A stretch of DNA of 64,000 bases. Origin: an uncultured Lachnospiraceae bacterium (GTDB lineage: Bacteria; Bacillota; Clostridia; Christensenellales; UBA1242). A program made the position numbers and the translations under genes. The DNA is taken from positions 26,126-90,125 of the forward strand of contig CAYSOX010000004.1 in assembly GCA_964432825.1 (NCBI GenBank). The letters run 5' to 3'. Below are positions 10,301 to 25,300 of this stretch, piece after piece (the stretch's first letter is position 1; the number at the start of each line of letters is the position of its first letter). The notes beneath the pieces are model-generated. The model did not search any database, had not been told where the DNA came from, and saw nothing but the letters and a program-made list of their open reading frames with translations.

Positions 10301-13300
10301 TGGTTTGGTAAGTATAGTCTTGAACAAAGGTTGAAACCGGAGATGAGGTAGAGCCTTGAAGCAAGGTTTTAAACGATGGGGCATTTTTAATTTGGGTGAT
10401 AGTGATTGGCGTGTCTGTTTTGTATTTAATTTCGTAGGTTAAGCCCTCTGAAGTGGTGGTGATTATATAGGTTGCATAACCATTTTGGTAAACAACATAA
10501 TTATATCCAAAAGCACCATTAGATGTGTGTACAAAATAGGTTGTGTTATCTGCAAAAGTGGATTTTGAACCAATTTGCAAGTACTTATGAGCAACGGAGT
10601 AAGTTTGTTCGGCAGATATAACAGAAACTAAGAATTCGCGTATAGATGATAGACTATAATTGTCGTTATTATCTGGAAGGTTGCCTGAAATGGTGTCATT
10701 TCCGTAAGCGAAAGTTAGGTGGGTGTCGTTGGTTATATTTAAGAACTTAACATTTTCAGTAACCGGTGTGGTTGAACCTATCTTGTATGCAACATATGGA
10801 AGTATGTTTTGATACTCGTCTATGTGGTCACTATCTTTGGCATTTCCAATTATCTTGTCGTTGGTGATGCTTGAGTATTCGCCCGAGTTTAACTTATCTG
10901 TGATTGATGTTAGATAATTTTGGGCGGTGGTGTACTTATCTGCACCACTAAGGTAGATACTGCCATCTGAAATATTAGTATAACTGAATGTGGTGGTTTG
11001 GATTTGCTTGCTTGCTTTTTGCATATAGGATTGTAGTTCAGCAATAAATGCATCGCTAGTTGGATGTGATAATTCGTTTATAAATTCATCAAATGCATAA
11101 CTTATAGCAAACCAAATATCAACGAAGTGTCCGTTATATATTAAGTAGCCGCCGGTCTCGATTAGGTCAATTGAATTTTTAGAACTTGCAAGACTGAAGA
11201 AGTATTCACTTTGCATTAATTCTTCTATTTGACTATCGTTAAATGTAAATGAATCATTTGCATTTAAAATATCTTCTAAGTAGTCGGAATCTTTTAAGAC
11301 AACTTTTAATTTTTCAATTAAATCTGAAAGTTCAATTACTTGTACTTTATTTGCGTCGTCTCTGCCTTGGTTTAACTCATCTACATTGTCGTTGTATTCC
11401 TCAACAACAGTTTCTAGTATATTTTCAAAGGTGTTACCAAATGAATACATATAGTAAGTTAAGCTATCATATTCATAGGTTAGACTGCTTTGAGTGTATT
11501 TAACCGAAACGCTATCTCTTAAAATAGGAGTTAAATCTTCTAGGAAGTCATTGTAAACATAAACATCTTTGCCGACACCTGTTTGAAGTGTGTATTTTTC
11601 TTTTAAGATGTTACGAACATTTACGAACTCGCCATTTATGTAAGTATAGAAGGTTCGGTCGGCGTATGAAGATTGTTCGGTTAGTGGACTGGTTGAATAG
11701 AATACATTTTGTGCGGTTGTGGATTCGTCGGTGTATTCTACAATTTGATTCAACTTGTTCACTGTTTCACCACGGTATGTACCTATGCCAAATACTCCAG
11801 TAAAGTACACATCGTTTGTATTATCGGCTAAAAGTGGGATGGTTACAAGTTCACCGGTTGAAGAAATTGTACCAATCTCTAAGCCTTTTGTTCGTGCGTC
11901 GTCGGAAATTGCACCATTTGAGAAGTAGGTGGAAATTTCATCTAAACTTGCATTTATGTAGAAAACATCTAGTGGGGTGTTGAATAGTTTATTTTGAAGG
12001 TATATGTTCATATCCTCCAAAATGCCAGACGCGGTGGTTGAGTCGTAACGATTTTGAAGTTTTGATAGGCTATATTTATAAGCGTAGAATAATTTGCCGT
12101 CTTTAAAGTAAGTGTGGTGATTGGTGATTGGTGTGTTGTTCTCCAAATTTTCTGTTCTATATAAATAGTTTGAATTATCACTATTTAGTGAGTAGTGGAA
12201 GGAAGATGTTGCATCCTTTTTGCCGGTGTTTAACTTGTACATATAGTAAGTTTTTCCGTTTATTTCAGCGGTTTGTTGTGTGTCACCCGTCTTTAGGTCG
12301 GTTTCGGACTGTTCATTGGTGAATAACCAGCCAGCAAACTCGGCGTATGGGTAATTTACACTTGTTAGGGCTAATGGTGTGGATGCACCAGTTAGTCTTG
12401 AACCGCGGATGTAACCCGAATAACTTTCCTCATCGGTGTAAGGAGCAAAGGTAACCTTTTTGTAACTTTCAATTTCGTCGACTATAATTTTTGCATATAG
12501 GTCGCTACTATTAATTACCTTGTCGTCTTCATATTTGATTGAAGAGTAGAACTTGCCGTTTGCATCGTTTACATATGCAGGTTTCCAGTCGTCATTACTA
12601 GTTTTATAGAAGATGTTTGAAGTTTCAATATATTCGCCGGTTTCTTCAACTAAATATCTTGAACTGTTGTATTCTTTTAAGTTGATTTCTACTGGAGATA
12701 GGATATCTTCATATAATGCAATGATTACCAAACTTGACCTATTGTTTCCAGAAATATCCAAATATAATGAGTATGAATTGTCGGCATTCTTTATCCAATT
12801 TGTTCCGTTTGGAGCGGTTGCGTCGAAGAATATACTATTTGAAGCGTTGAATGAAGTGTTGTTACGGCTATTTACCGATTGAAGTGAAAGTTGTAAACTT
12901 GGTGAGTCGGTTAATCTGTAAATAACTCGGATACCCTTGAAGTAATAGCCATTCTTTTGTGGAGCGGTGACTAGCATTTGGTCGCCACTTGTGTAAGTGC
13001 TTGAACTTGATGTGCTAAGTGATGCTATAAATGTTGTCTGAGGCTCGTTGCTTGTTGCTTCATTAATAAAATTGTAACCATAATCTAAAGTAGAATTTAA
13101 GTCAAGTGAATATCTGTATGCAAGTGTTTGAATGGTTTTTAATTTATTTAAAATCTTTTCAAGCGATGCATTGGATTCATCAATCTCGCCTGCTACTAAT
13201 AGATTTTGGAGTTCGCTTTCTGCATCTGAGTATGATTTATTACCTTTAGCGTAGGCAATATATGTATTACATGCTTTTAAATCAATGAATATAGCACTGA

Positions 13301-16300
13301 ATGGTGCGTATACTGCAAGATATGGGTCTTTTTCAAGTGTTCCATCTTTAATTTCGGCTTCTTGCTCGGCGGTTAATTTACTTGCTTTAAATTCTTCAAC
13401 AAAACCTAAGTCTGCAAGATTTCCTAATTGTTCTAAGAAGACTCTATAATTTGTAAAGTCGATTTCGGAAACTGTAACAGCATCACGATTGATTGCGTAT
13501 GCGCCATCATCTACATTTATTCCAAATATTGTACGAACATTTAGAATGTGTTCAATATTTGCTTCGGATGTATCCTCAGTTTTGTAGAATGTTGACGTAG
13601 AAGTTGAATAATTGCCAAAGAATACATAGTATGTTTTTAAGATGTCTAGTTTTTTGGTTGAAGTGCTAACTATGGTGGTTGGAACTTCTTTCATTGTAAG
13701 TGGTAGTTTTGGAGTTTCGGCTTCGCCCCCTTCAGGATTTTCACCTTCTTCTGGGGTTTCGGTTTCTTCTGGGGTTTCGGTTTCTGCAAGTGGGGTTATT
13801 TCAATTTCTTCTTCGGCGTCATCCAATTCATATTTTGTAACGGTTTGACTGATTTGGTCAATGCCCGAAACAATTGTGTTTGTATGGCCGTAATAAGAAG
13901 CACCGGAAGTGTTTAAAACTCCGCGAGTTGCGATTGAAAGAATGGTACCTTGTTTGAAATATCCGAATGCTACAAAACTTATTGCATTATCTAGAAGATT
14001 TTGTGAATAAGTCATTGCTATAACACCTGTAGCATTTGTTTTTGGCGTTATGTTCTTAATTTCTTCAACTTCAATTTCTTTAATTACAAGTTCGCCGTTT
14101 TCATACAATTGAACAGGCTTTGTAACTAAAGTTGTTGGTTGATTGTAACCAAAAGTTGGGGTGGTGAATAAGTTTACAAGTGACTTGTCGGTGATTGGTT
14201 GATTCTTTTCACCTAGTGGGGTGAGTGAAACATTTGCAAGGTCGTTACCCCAAACAAGGGTAAGTTGTTTGGTTGTGCGGTTGTTGAAGTAACCCGTGAT
14301 ATCTGCAAAGTACATAGTGTCTGCGCTTGGAGCGGTGACATATGTTGTATTGTCGGTAGCATGGGTTAGTATGCTTGCAAGTTTTTCCCAATTAATATTG
14401 TTCCAATTTTCGTCATTTGAATTTGCAAGATAATTGCCAAATAGTTTGAAACTATTACCATAGTCTGTAAAGTCGGCTTCACCATTTATTGTTTTTAAAC
14501 AAGCAGAAATTGTTGAACTGAAGTTTTGGTCAAAGTTGTATTCTAGATTGCTATCTTTATAGAATGAAACATATTCTGCAATGCTGTTATCTGGTTTTAG
14601 TTCAATATCGATAACTTCAAAGTTAGATGTTAGAACATCAACATTAATTTTACCTGAGGTTAGTGAGTTTTGAATCTTAGAAACAATACTCTCTAATTCG
14701 GTGTTGGTAACTTCAGATTGTGCTAATGAACGAAGTGTTAAAGTTGAAGTGGTTAAGCGGTTAACCTTAGCGCTGTAAATTAGATAACTTGCAATTTCCT
14801 CCAATGAGGTGATTGCTGGAACAAAGTTGTTTCCACTAACGGTGGTTTGAAGTTCATCAATTGCGGTTTGTAATGCTTTTATATCTACAACACCAAATCT
14901 TGTGGTGTGGTTGATTAAATTTTCTACAAGTTCCTTTGTGGTGTTAACTATTTTTTCGAAAGTATTTGAAGTGAGATCTAATCCCGCGAATACCTTTTCA
15001 CCAATTGTTAGGTTGTTAAATTCGGTTAGGTTGGTGAATGAATGTGTTTCTATAGCGGTGACTTTGTTGTCATCTTTTATAGTTAGGATGTATGTGCCGT
15101 CGGTGTAACTTAGACTTATGCTGTAACTATTTTCACTATCAACTGCGAAGGTGATATGTGTAAGGTCTAGTAAATATTCGCTATCTTGCAAGTAGAAGGA
15201 TGTGCGAATGGTTTTAACTTCAGAAGCGTCAATTTCTTCAATCTTTTTAGAGTTTAATTCAAAATAACGAACGGTTCCGCCGTCTTTGTATGAAAGTAAC
15301 AATTCGTCGGTTAGTTCGGATAGATAAGCATTTACACTTTGATTGATTGAAAGAACTTGGATTGCACCGATGTAGTTATATTTTTTACCATTATAACTTA
15401 AGGTGTTTTCGTCTGGAAGTCCAACTTCTACATAATCTATATTTAAGTTATTCATCAAACTTAAATCTAGAGAATTATGTGGGGTTGAATTTCTTTGAGT
15501 TAAGAAGTGCCAGCCATAGAAGTCGTCTAGGTGGGTGCCATCTAACTCAATCCACATTGAAACAAGTTCGCCTTCTTCGGTTGTTACACCAATTATCATA
15601 TCTTTTGGGTTTGTGCTATTTAGTGAGGTTGAGCCGTTTAGTCCGCTTGTTGTCAAATATTTAACTACAACTTCTTTTCCGTCTTTGCCGTATTCAGAAA
15701 TTAAGTCGGTTGAACCAACTATTGTAATTTCGGTGCGATATAGTTTTCTGAATAGGGTACCGAAGGTATTTTGAGTATCATCAGAAAGGTTGAAAGTGTA
15801 GGTATTTGAGCGGTTGTCGGTCATTTTGTTATCAAAGATTGCATAAATTGGAGAACCAGCATCTTGTTTTGCGTTATTACGGTCGGTGGTAATTGTAAGT
15901 CCGTTGGTAGGGTCGGTGTCGCTTACATCAATATATGATATGTTGCCATTTACACCGATTGACTTATTGATTACTTGGTCGTAATTTACGCTATCTACTG
16001 TGACTGTAACTTGAGGACTTTCAACTGATTTTGGAATGTATAGAACAATTAATCCTCTGCCGTCATATTTTCCGATAGAATTAAGTTTTGAAAGGTCGTC
16101 GCCCAGGCATATGCTTGGGTTTTCAACTACCTTGATGCCCATTGTGCGGTCGGATGATGGGATAGTTGAAATGTTTTCGATACCAGCATTGGTTTCGGTT
16201 CTTAAGCCGTTTTGTTTTAGAACAAAGGCTTTTGTCATAAAGGTGTAGCCAGTACCAGAAACTAGGATTTTAACAGGGTAGCCTGCAATTGCGTTTAACT

Positions 16301-19300
16301 TAGAGAAGTTTAAAATCACTACATTGTAATCTGGTTCGTACATTGCGGTAAGATTTTGAACATTTTCTAGTTTTGCGGTTGTGACTAAACTGCTAGAATA
16401 TAGGTTTTCATTTTGGTCATAGAAACCAATAAACTTGTAACCTTCTACCTCATAAGCGGTGATTTGAACCAATGAGTTTATAGAACCGATTGAGTATTCG
16501 TTTATGGTTGGAAGTAGGTTGGCGGTTTCTAATTTAGTTTTTAAGGTTTCTGACATCGCGGTTTGACTTCTTCCAAACTCAGATTCTAGAACACCAACAT
16601 TGGTGGTCTTGATTTCTTCAAGTTTGATTAGTCCGCGGTCAGATGATGATGCATAGTTTAATGCAATTACTGTGTTGTACTTAAATTTGCCGTCTTCGGT
16701 AAGCGAGTAATTATAAACGGCTTGAGTTAGTTCATATATGCTTACATAATCTTTTAGATAGAATGTTGCAGTTTGAACATTTTTGGTTGAAATTGTAATG
16801 TTTGTTAAGCGGTAAGATGAAGTTATATCGCCTGAAATATTGTACCAATCTTCGGTTAAACTTTGGTCGAACTGGAAGTCTTTTTTGTTTGCATAGATTA
16901 ATGATTCTAAGCCTTCTTTAAATTCAACTTCGGTAACGGTCGGTTCGTAATTGTTAAAGTTTAGTTGGAACTTAACAGATGAACCAGCATTTAGAATGGA
17001 CTCATTATCGGTGGATAATACATTACCATCCAAAACAATTTGTGTTTCTACACTGAACACTTCTTTTAGCGTTACATAAATAAAGTAGTCAGCGCTTACA
17101 TTTTCAAAGCACAAGAAGGTATCTGTTGCGGTTTCGGTGTTTAATTCAACGCCGTTTAACTTATTTTTACCGGCAAGACTTTCGGCTTCTTTATCTTGCA
17201 ATGTGTAGGTGAAGGATGCTTCTTCAGTTTTGGCATTATCTTCGCCATAGAGTGCAATTTGTTTGATTGGAACGAACTTAACTGAGGTGATTATGTAGCC
17301 GTTTGAAGCATATACATAATATTTACCTAATGCTTTTACAGTTTCTTTATCGGTGCTGTAAGCATTTTTATCAAAGTAGGTTCCGCCACCTAAAGTTCTA
17401 AGAATTGTGCCAGAATTTTCATCAACTGCAGTTTTGAAGTTTTCTGGGTTGTATGCAGGTGAATCGTCAGAAGTCTTTTTGGTTTCAACAAATTCATTAG
17501 CATCGCCAAATATTGATAAGTAATATGAAGCATATGGGTCTTCGGTTGAGAGGGGTTTGCCATATGAAACTAGTTTAGAGTGTTCGTGTTTTTGAATATT
17601 TTCGCGGTATTCTTGGTAGGTTATTAAGCCGTTTAGATAAAGTGCTAAATAATTAGTTGTCCTAATATCTTCCAATTCAGATAAATATATTTCAGATGAG
17701 TAGAATCTCATATCTTCATAACGAGGGTCGTCGGTGATTCGGGTGTACACATGATAATATTTATCAAAGTTAAGGTTAGAAGAATTTTCATTATCGGTAT
17801 AAATCTTGAAATGTTCGGTAGTTAGAGTAACCATTTGTTGTTCGGTAGTGTAAATTGGATTGATATCCTTATTTGTTTCGGATTCTCCGTCCTTTTCTAA
17901 AGTGTAAACTCTTGAAAGGAACTTGCCGTAATTATGGTTATTCTTTTTCAATACCTGAGTGAATGAATAAACCACGCTACCATATGGAAGAACGATTGTA
18001 AGGCTGTTTTGACCTTCGGACATCATTTGTTGGGTTAGAACTAGTGGGGAACTTGCACGGGTTGAAGTGGTTTCGCCATCGGTAAAGGTGTAAGTTTTTT
18101 CATTAGTTCTTGAATCGTACTTGGTTCCGTCTTCTGAATTTACAACTTCATTCGTTTGAGATTGAACATATGGATTATAGTAATAATAATATACATTATA
18201 ACTAAAGTCTTCATCTACAATTTCTTCTGGGGTTAAATTGATTATGTAATCTAATAAACGGTATCTTTGAGAAATTGTAAAGTCGTTTTCTTCATCAATT
18301 GTGAAGGTTTCAGAAATTTCTTTGTAGTCGGTGTCTAAAGTTAAACTGCCCGATGTGAAGTCACCAAAACTTATTGAAATATCTTCGTGTTCGAACTTGT
18401 AAGTTTCAAATCCTACGATTACTTCTAGTGAAACGCCTTGAGGCTTTTCTTCAATTATTTTAGAAAGGGTGGTGTATGGGATAACGATTGTAGCGGAAGT
18501 TGAACCCTTTTCATTATTTATAATTCGGAATAAGTTTTCTCCGGCGTATTCGGTGCCACCAACTTTAAGTGAAGTGTTTGTTTCGCTTAAAATGTAACCC
18601 TTTGGAAGTGTGGCGCTTATGGTTAAATCTTGATTTGAATAAACATAGCCATATGCGTTTGCCTCTGTTTGAGCGCCATTTTTGATTAGTGGGGTTCTTG
18701 TTGAGAGTAAAGTGAAGGTGGTTGAAAGTGAAGTATTTTCATTTTGTGAAACGAATACTTCGACATTTGCACGAGTGAATCTTGCTTCTATAACTTGTGC
18801 GACATTCTTTGAAACGGTGTAACTAAAGGTTGATGCGGTTGATAAAAGAATGCTGTTTTTATAGAAACCAACGAATGCTAAGCCGTCATTTTCGGCACGC
18901 TTTAGATATTCGGTAGCGTCTAGAGTGCAAGTGGTTCCAGCCTCATCAAATGTTAAACTTAAGCCTTGAAGAAGTGAATCTTCTGCTGGGGTGTCGTCGG
19001 TGTCGTCAACGGTTACAAATGAGCCATCTTTGTTGTATATATTTGCATATATACGAGATTCGGATGGGCTTAGATTGTTGTTTCCGACATCGTCGTACTT
19101 TTTGATGAGTGTTAGGGTTTCGCCCTCGCTGAAGTTTTGGGTTGAAATGGTAAGTGAATTATCATATGCTACCAAAATTTCGTCTTTGGCAATGTTGTTT
19201 TCGTCAAACTCAACTTTGTACCAGCCTACAAACTTTAATGTTTCGGATTGACCTTGGCTATTTTGCACCCTGATTGTTGGGGTGGCTTCTAGCACGGTTT

Positions 19301-22300
19301 TACCATTTATTATTGAAGGGGATGGAGTAGTTGTGATGGTGTCGTAATAACTGAAGTAAGTGTTTATATTTACTGAATTTAGGTTGGTTAGGATGTACTT
19401 AACTTCGTTTTCACCCTCAACTATTCGGATAGTTGCTGAATAGTTGAAGTTTGTGCCATCATTTTCTTTCTTAGTTGCACCCGTCAATTCTTTAGTAATT
19501 CTTGGGGTTCCGTCGGCTTCGTATCTTGTTGTGATTGTTGCGGTTGGGGTGTGAAGTGCGGTAACCTTGTTGCCGTTTTCATAATAGGTATGTAAGATGC
19601 TTAGTGAGTAGTTTGAACTATTTAGGGTTGAGATTGTAAAGTTTTCTTCTCTTTGGATTAGGTCGTAACTTCCAAAAGCGTGAGAAATATCTACAAAGCC
19701 GTTTGGAAGCAAGTCGTCGATGCCGTCCGTTTGGATGGTGACGGTTACGCGAGAAGTTTTGTTATACAATACATAAATATCGGTAACGCCCTCTGGTAAG
19801 GTTTCTATCTTAAACTCAACTTCGTTGCTTGGTCGTTCGGTTAATGTGGTGGTTGTAAGTCTTGTTAAACCATTTCGGGTTTTGTAATAGAAGCCGTCTA
19901 GATAATAAATATCGGTTGGGTTAGCGGTGCTTTGAAGTTCGCGTGGAGCAGTTAGAAGAAGGGTGGAACCCTTGCCGTATGCTTCAATCAAACTTATTTC
20001 AGAATCGCTTGTGCTATAGACATTTAAACCGCGGGTTGAACCATAGCCATTTTCTACTACTGCGACAATTTGTTTTGGTTTGCCCTCTACTTCGCTTATT
20101 GATGGAGCAATTGATGTGTTGTATATGCCGTCGTTTATTAAAGATTTTAACTTGAAGTTGCGGATTGCAGAGTAATATCTAGCCTCAATTATGTCGCCAT
20201 CGGCAACTGCAACTGAAACTTCGCTATCTCTTGAAATCAAAATACCATTTTGGTAGAAACCTAAGAAGTTCTTAGTGTTGTCTACGCTGAATTTAACATT
20301 GGAGCCGGTAACTATATTTCCATTTACCTCGGTAGGGTCTTTGTGGAAGGTTGCTTGTCCGATGCTTAATTCTTCGGTTTGGATATTTCTTCCGCCCATT
20401 TGGTAAACCACATAATTGCGGTCGCCATCGTGGATTTGTTTAAATCTTGTGTAATCGGCAGATGCATATAATGAAGCAGTGGTGAAACTTGTATTATTAT
20501 CGGTATCTAGAGTTATGAATACATTTGAACTATTAAGTTTTGAAGTATCTTGAATCTCACCATTGTGAGTTGTTATTACGCCAAAGTTTACGGCGTAGTC
20601 GTCACCTGCGACTTCTATAGGTTTGTAAACTATGTAATAGGTCTTTGGAGCAAAGTGTGAAACCTTGATAGAAGAGGTGGTTAGTGTAAATTCGCTGTCG
20701 GCATCTAATTTTTCTAGACTGTAGAATGTTTCAACTTCGCCATTTTCGTTGGTGATAGTTGTTTTTACTGCTGAATAGATACCGTAAATATAATAATCGC
20801 CAGTTGTTTTTGCTGTTAAATCGGATTCGGTTCCGACTGCACCAGTTGTGGTGAAGTAGTATTCTGGAACATATGAGGTTGTGCCATTAAATTCTACTGA
20901 AAGGTTGGCGTTGAACTTGCCGTACTTTTGCAATAATTGGTTCTTTAAACTTGGAATGGTTGCAATTTGTTGTTCGCCTGTTTCTTCGTTTATTAATGGT
21001 TCGCCTGTTTCAGAATCGTACAATTCTTGTTTTTGGTCTTCGGTTTCGGATGGAGCGGTTAGTTTAGATGGGTCGAACTTGGTATCTCCAATTACTTGAA
21101 TAACGCTGAAACCGTTTGCACCTTCGGAAACAATTGGTTCAATTGCCGTTGAGTCTTCGTTTGAATAACGCATATCAATATTTATATCGGTTGTCCAATC
21201 TAAAGTTATAGGTTCGGACTTTTCGCCATATTGATTTTTGACAATTACAGTTATTTTCTTTTCGGTAGTTAAGGTGTAATCTAGCATAATTTGTAATTCA
21301 TCAAACTTATTGGTTGAAATTAAGGTGTTGTTTATGTACCAGCCTACAAATCTTGTGTTAGCCTCAACTAGTGTTGAATCTGGATTAGTGTCACTTATAA
21401 GTAGTATTGGGTTAGAAATTGTGATGTAATTTTTGCGGTTACTAATTGGGGTTATAAGTGTGGTTGGTGCATAGTCTTCGCCCATTGTGAAGTCGTATTT
21501 TACAAAACCTGAGTAGGTTTGTTTATACTTTGTGGCTTCATCGGTGTAAGACATTGAAAGAACATTGAATTTCTTATTTGACTTTATGGCTTCGCCATTT
21601 GATGAATCTCGAAGGTTGTTGATATCTGTGCTTCCAGCGAATGCAACTTCGTTATAGAATTCACGAGAGTGAAGGGTATAAGTTAGGTTGATTGATGGGC
21701 TTTCAGCAAAGATTGCATTTATTGAAACTAGTTTTGTTAGACTGCAACCTTCTTCAAGGCTAGGTGAAATATCTACCTTTCTGCCTTTGTTGTCGATGTG
21801 GTAAACCTTTAAAGTTAGACTGCCATCGGCATTTTGAGTTAATTGAACATTGAATGCTGTTGTTGAGCCGTTGTGGTAAGTATATTTTTGTTCTAGGACA
21901 TTTTCGGTTTCTGAAGCGTTGGTTGTTATGTAAGAATATTGCAATCCTATCACCTTGTAACCTGCAGGAGCGGATGCTTCTAAATTGAAGTAACTGCCTA
22001 GAGGTAAGCGGTTGTAGGTGTAATCATATCTTGAATTGATTGATTCTGGAACATTGTTAATATTCTCGCCGGTGCTTGCACTTGAAACTACCAAATAACC
22101 TAAACTGTTTAGTCCAAGTGTGTTTTCGTTATCTATAACGGAAATTTGTTCACCTGATTCAGAATCTGTGGTGGTGTACTCTAATACACTTCCAAGAGTG
22201 GTATCAGTTAATAGTTCGTACACGGCATCAATTCTGCCTTCTAGGTGTCTTCCAGCATCGTAAACACTATTTGAACTTACCTTTACGGTTTTTCCGGTTG

Positions 22301-25300
22301 CAGGGTTTACGGTGTACCAGCCAACAAACTTGAATATCTTTGTTTCAACACTGCCGTCTTCTAATGTGGTGTCGCTAATCACATATTCTGGGGTAGAAAG
22401 TGTGAAGATTGAACGCATATTGAAGTTTAGAGTGGTGAAGCCGTTGTTTTCAAGTGTGTGGTTTAATATTGTTAAGCCTTTTGTCGTCAAACTTCCAAGG
22501 TCTTTAACAAGTGCGGTGTTTGCAAGCATTATGGTTGAGCCTGGGTCTTGAACTGGAACACTGCCTTCTATACGGCGACCGTTTTCTCCATAATTTAATG
22601 CTAAACCGTTTGTTGAAGATGAAATTGCATTGAATAGTTCTTGTATTAATGCTTTTTGGGTTGCACTCAAGGTGGTAAATGCGGTTGGGTTTAGTGATTT
22701 TTGAGTGTAATCGTAATCACCATTTACAATTGTTACATTTACTTGAAGACTGCTTGCACCAGTATCGTAAGTCGCTTCAAAAACATGGGCGGTTTGGTCG
22801 TCTAGAAGTTTTAATGAGGCGCCATGTTCGTCTTGAACGGCTTTATCTTCGTTGCCGTCTATGTACCAGCCGTCTAGATAACTAGAATTGGTGGTGCCAC
22901 TTACGGCTTCGGCAGAGATTGAAACGGTGGTGCCGGCTTTGAAGTATCCGAATATGTAAAGGGTGAAGATGCTTCCGAGGTCTACATCATATTCATAATC
23001 GGTGGACTTGTTTACTTGCATTAATTGACCAAATTCGTCAATTGCATTGCCTTCAAACTTATAGTATTCATTTAGTGTGAAGGATTTTAAAACTCCGTCT
23101 TTTTCATATGAAATATGATATTTGAATAAATCGCTCAAAACATCCTTTTGGGTGTCGTTATTTAGTCTTGAAGTTAGAGTGTTTGAAATTTTGAATGCTA
23201 CAAGTTGTGCGTCTTCGGTGATAATGTATAAGTCGTTTTCGGTACCCTTTGAGATGCTAGAATTTCGGTACTCTTCAAATGTTAAAACAATATTAGAGTT
23301 TTGTTTTACAAATTGAGAAGAGGTTACATCTTCGGTGTAGAAATTGGTTAAGTTGTTGTTGGTACCGGCTACGCGATATCTTAAAGTTCTTGTAGATATT
23401 ACATTTTCAGATTGGATATCATCCGTTTTGTTTTGGATGGTTAATGCCACTTGTTCAAGTTTTGCAAAATGGTCTTGGTTGGTAAACTCGGTAAAGTATT
23501 TTTGGATATTTTCTATAAATCCTGCAACTACCTTTTGATATGCCTTACCACCAAGTGGGGTAAGGGTGATATCTACGGTGGTGCCGGTGTCTAGATATCC
23601 CGCAATTGTAACTGTGCCATCGGCATTTGTTGTTCTTGAAAGTGGGTTTCCGAAACAGTCGTGAGATATTGACAAACTGATTTGACTTTCGTTTGGATTG
23701 TAGGTTATTGACCACCACTCAAAGGTGCGGTATAGAGCAATTAAACTTTGGTTGTTTTGCATTGCAATTAGTGGGGAATATTCGCCACTTCCAACTTGGG
23801 TCATATTTTCAAACGATGTTGTAATTTCTTCAAGGTTGGATTTGTTTGCATAATACCAGCCAGCAAATCTTACATTGTAGTCGGAGCCGTCGCTTAATGT
23901 TACAACGGTGTAGTAATCGGTTGAAGTGTTTTGAACATTTAGTGCGTCACGCTTTGCAGAGTCGCCAACATTGGCTAAAAGTTTTGCACGAGCGGTGAAG
24001 ATTGTGTCGGCACTTATTATCATTTGACGGTATTGGCTAGTTGCTGAATAATATGCATTTCTAATCTTTGAAGTATTGAAGTAAGATAGTTCGTCAAAGT
24101 TTGATGCGTACAATTCTACAAGTTTTAGGTATTCGGTGTATATTTCGTCGGTTAACATAGAGAACTCTTCTTGACCTAAGTGTTCTTTATTTGCACCATA
24201 TAATTTGTAATATTTTGCAAGTAGGTTTTTGTCTATGGTTGTAGGGATGGAAAGAACGGTTACATCGTTTTGTCCGAGCCCTGCAAAGAACTCTTCAATC
24301 TTTGTGAAGTTTACTTCATCTTCGCCTTCGGTTATAACCGAACTTAGATTTTCATATTTGCCAGTTTGAGAGTTGAAGTTTAGAAGTTCGTGTTGTAAGT
24401 CTAGCGAGTACACTAAGATTGAACTAAATCTTAAAATATTTAATTGACCGGAAGTTGTATAATTTTCTTCTAGGGTGGAAGTTATTGCATTGTTTGCTTT
24501 TGAATATCTTGAATACATTTCGGTTAGGTAATTGAAATATCCCAAAGCCTCAGAAGATGTGTAATTTGCTCCGGTGTAGATATTTTTGAAGCAAAGCAAT
24601 AATTCATTTGATGTTAGAGTTCGGAAAGCGTTATTGAAGTCGGTTGCGGTGAACTCTTGTAATTTTTTAGGGCTTACCTTAAATATTTTTGCGATTTTTT
24701 CGTAAATGGTTGCAATCTTGTTTAATTCTGACCAGCGATCTTTAGAAAGGCTTAAGATTTTAGCAAAGGTATTTTCGGTGGTGTTTGAACCCTTGTAATA
24801 ACTTAAGGTGTCTAAGGTGTAAACCGTTTTGCCGTCTAGCGTTGTGGTGTTTTTGTATCCAACACTTTCGGTTGAATCATCATAATAGATTCTATCCTTA
24901 GTTTCTTCGGTGTAGGTGGTGCCTTCGGTGTATTTGAAGTATTTGTTTGGAAGGTCTGGAGAATCTAGGTAGTTTCTTGTGCCGTCTTTATTTAACTTAA
25001 AGAAGCGGTATACAGCAGTGTCTTTACCTGAAACGCCGGTAAGTTGCATATTGCCAAATGCGACTGCTGAAATTCCTGCAAGGCGTATGATGATAAACTT
25101 CTTTGCTGTGTTGTACATATTTTCGTAAGCTGCACCAATATTTAAACTATTTAGGTCGGCGTTGGACTTTTGAGCATATTGTTCAATTTGAGTGGCAAGG
25201 TCGGAAGGTGATAATAGTTTTAATAGATCTAAAAAGTCTTTTTCTTCGTTTACCATATAATTAAACATATTTTCTAGGTTTGCAACACTAGAAGTTGGTT

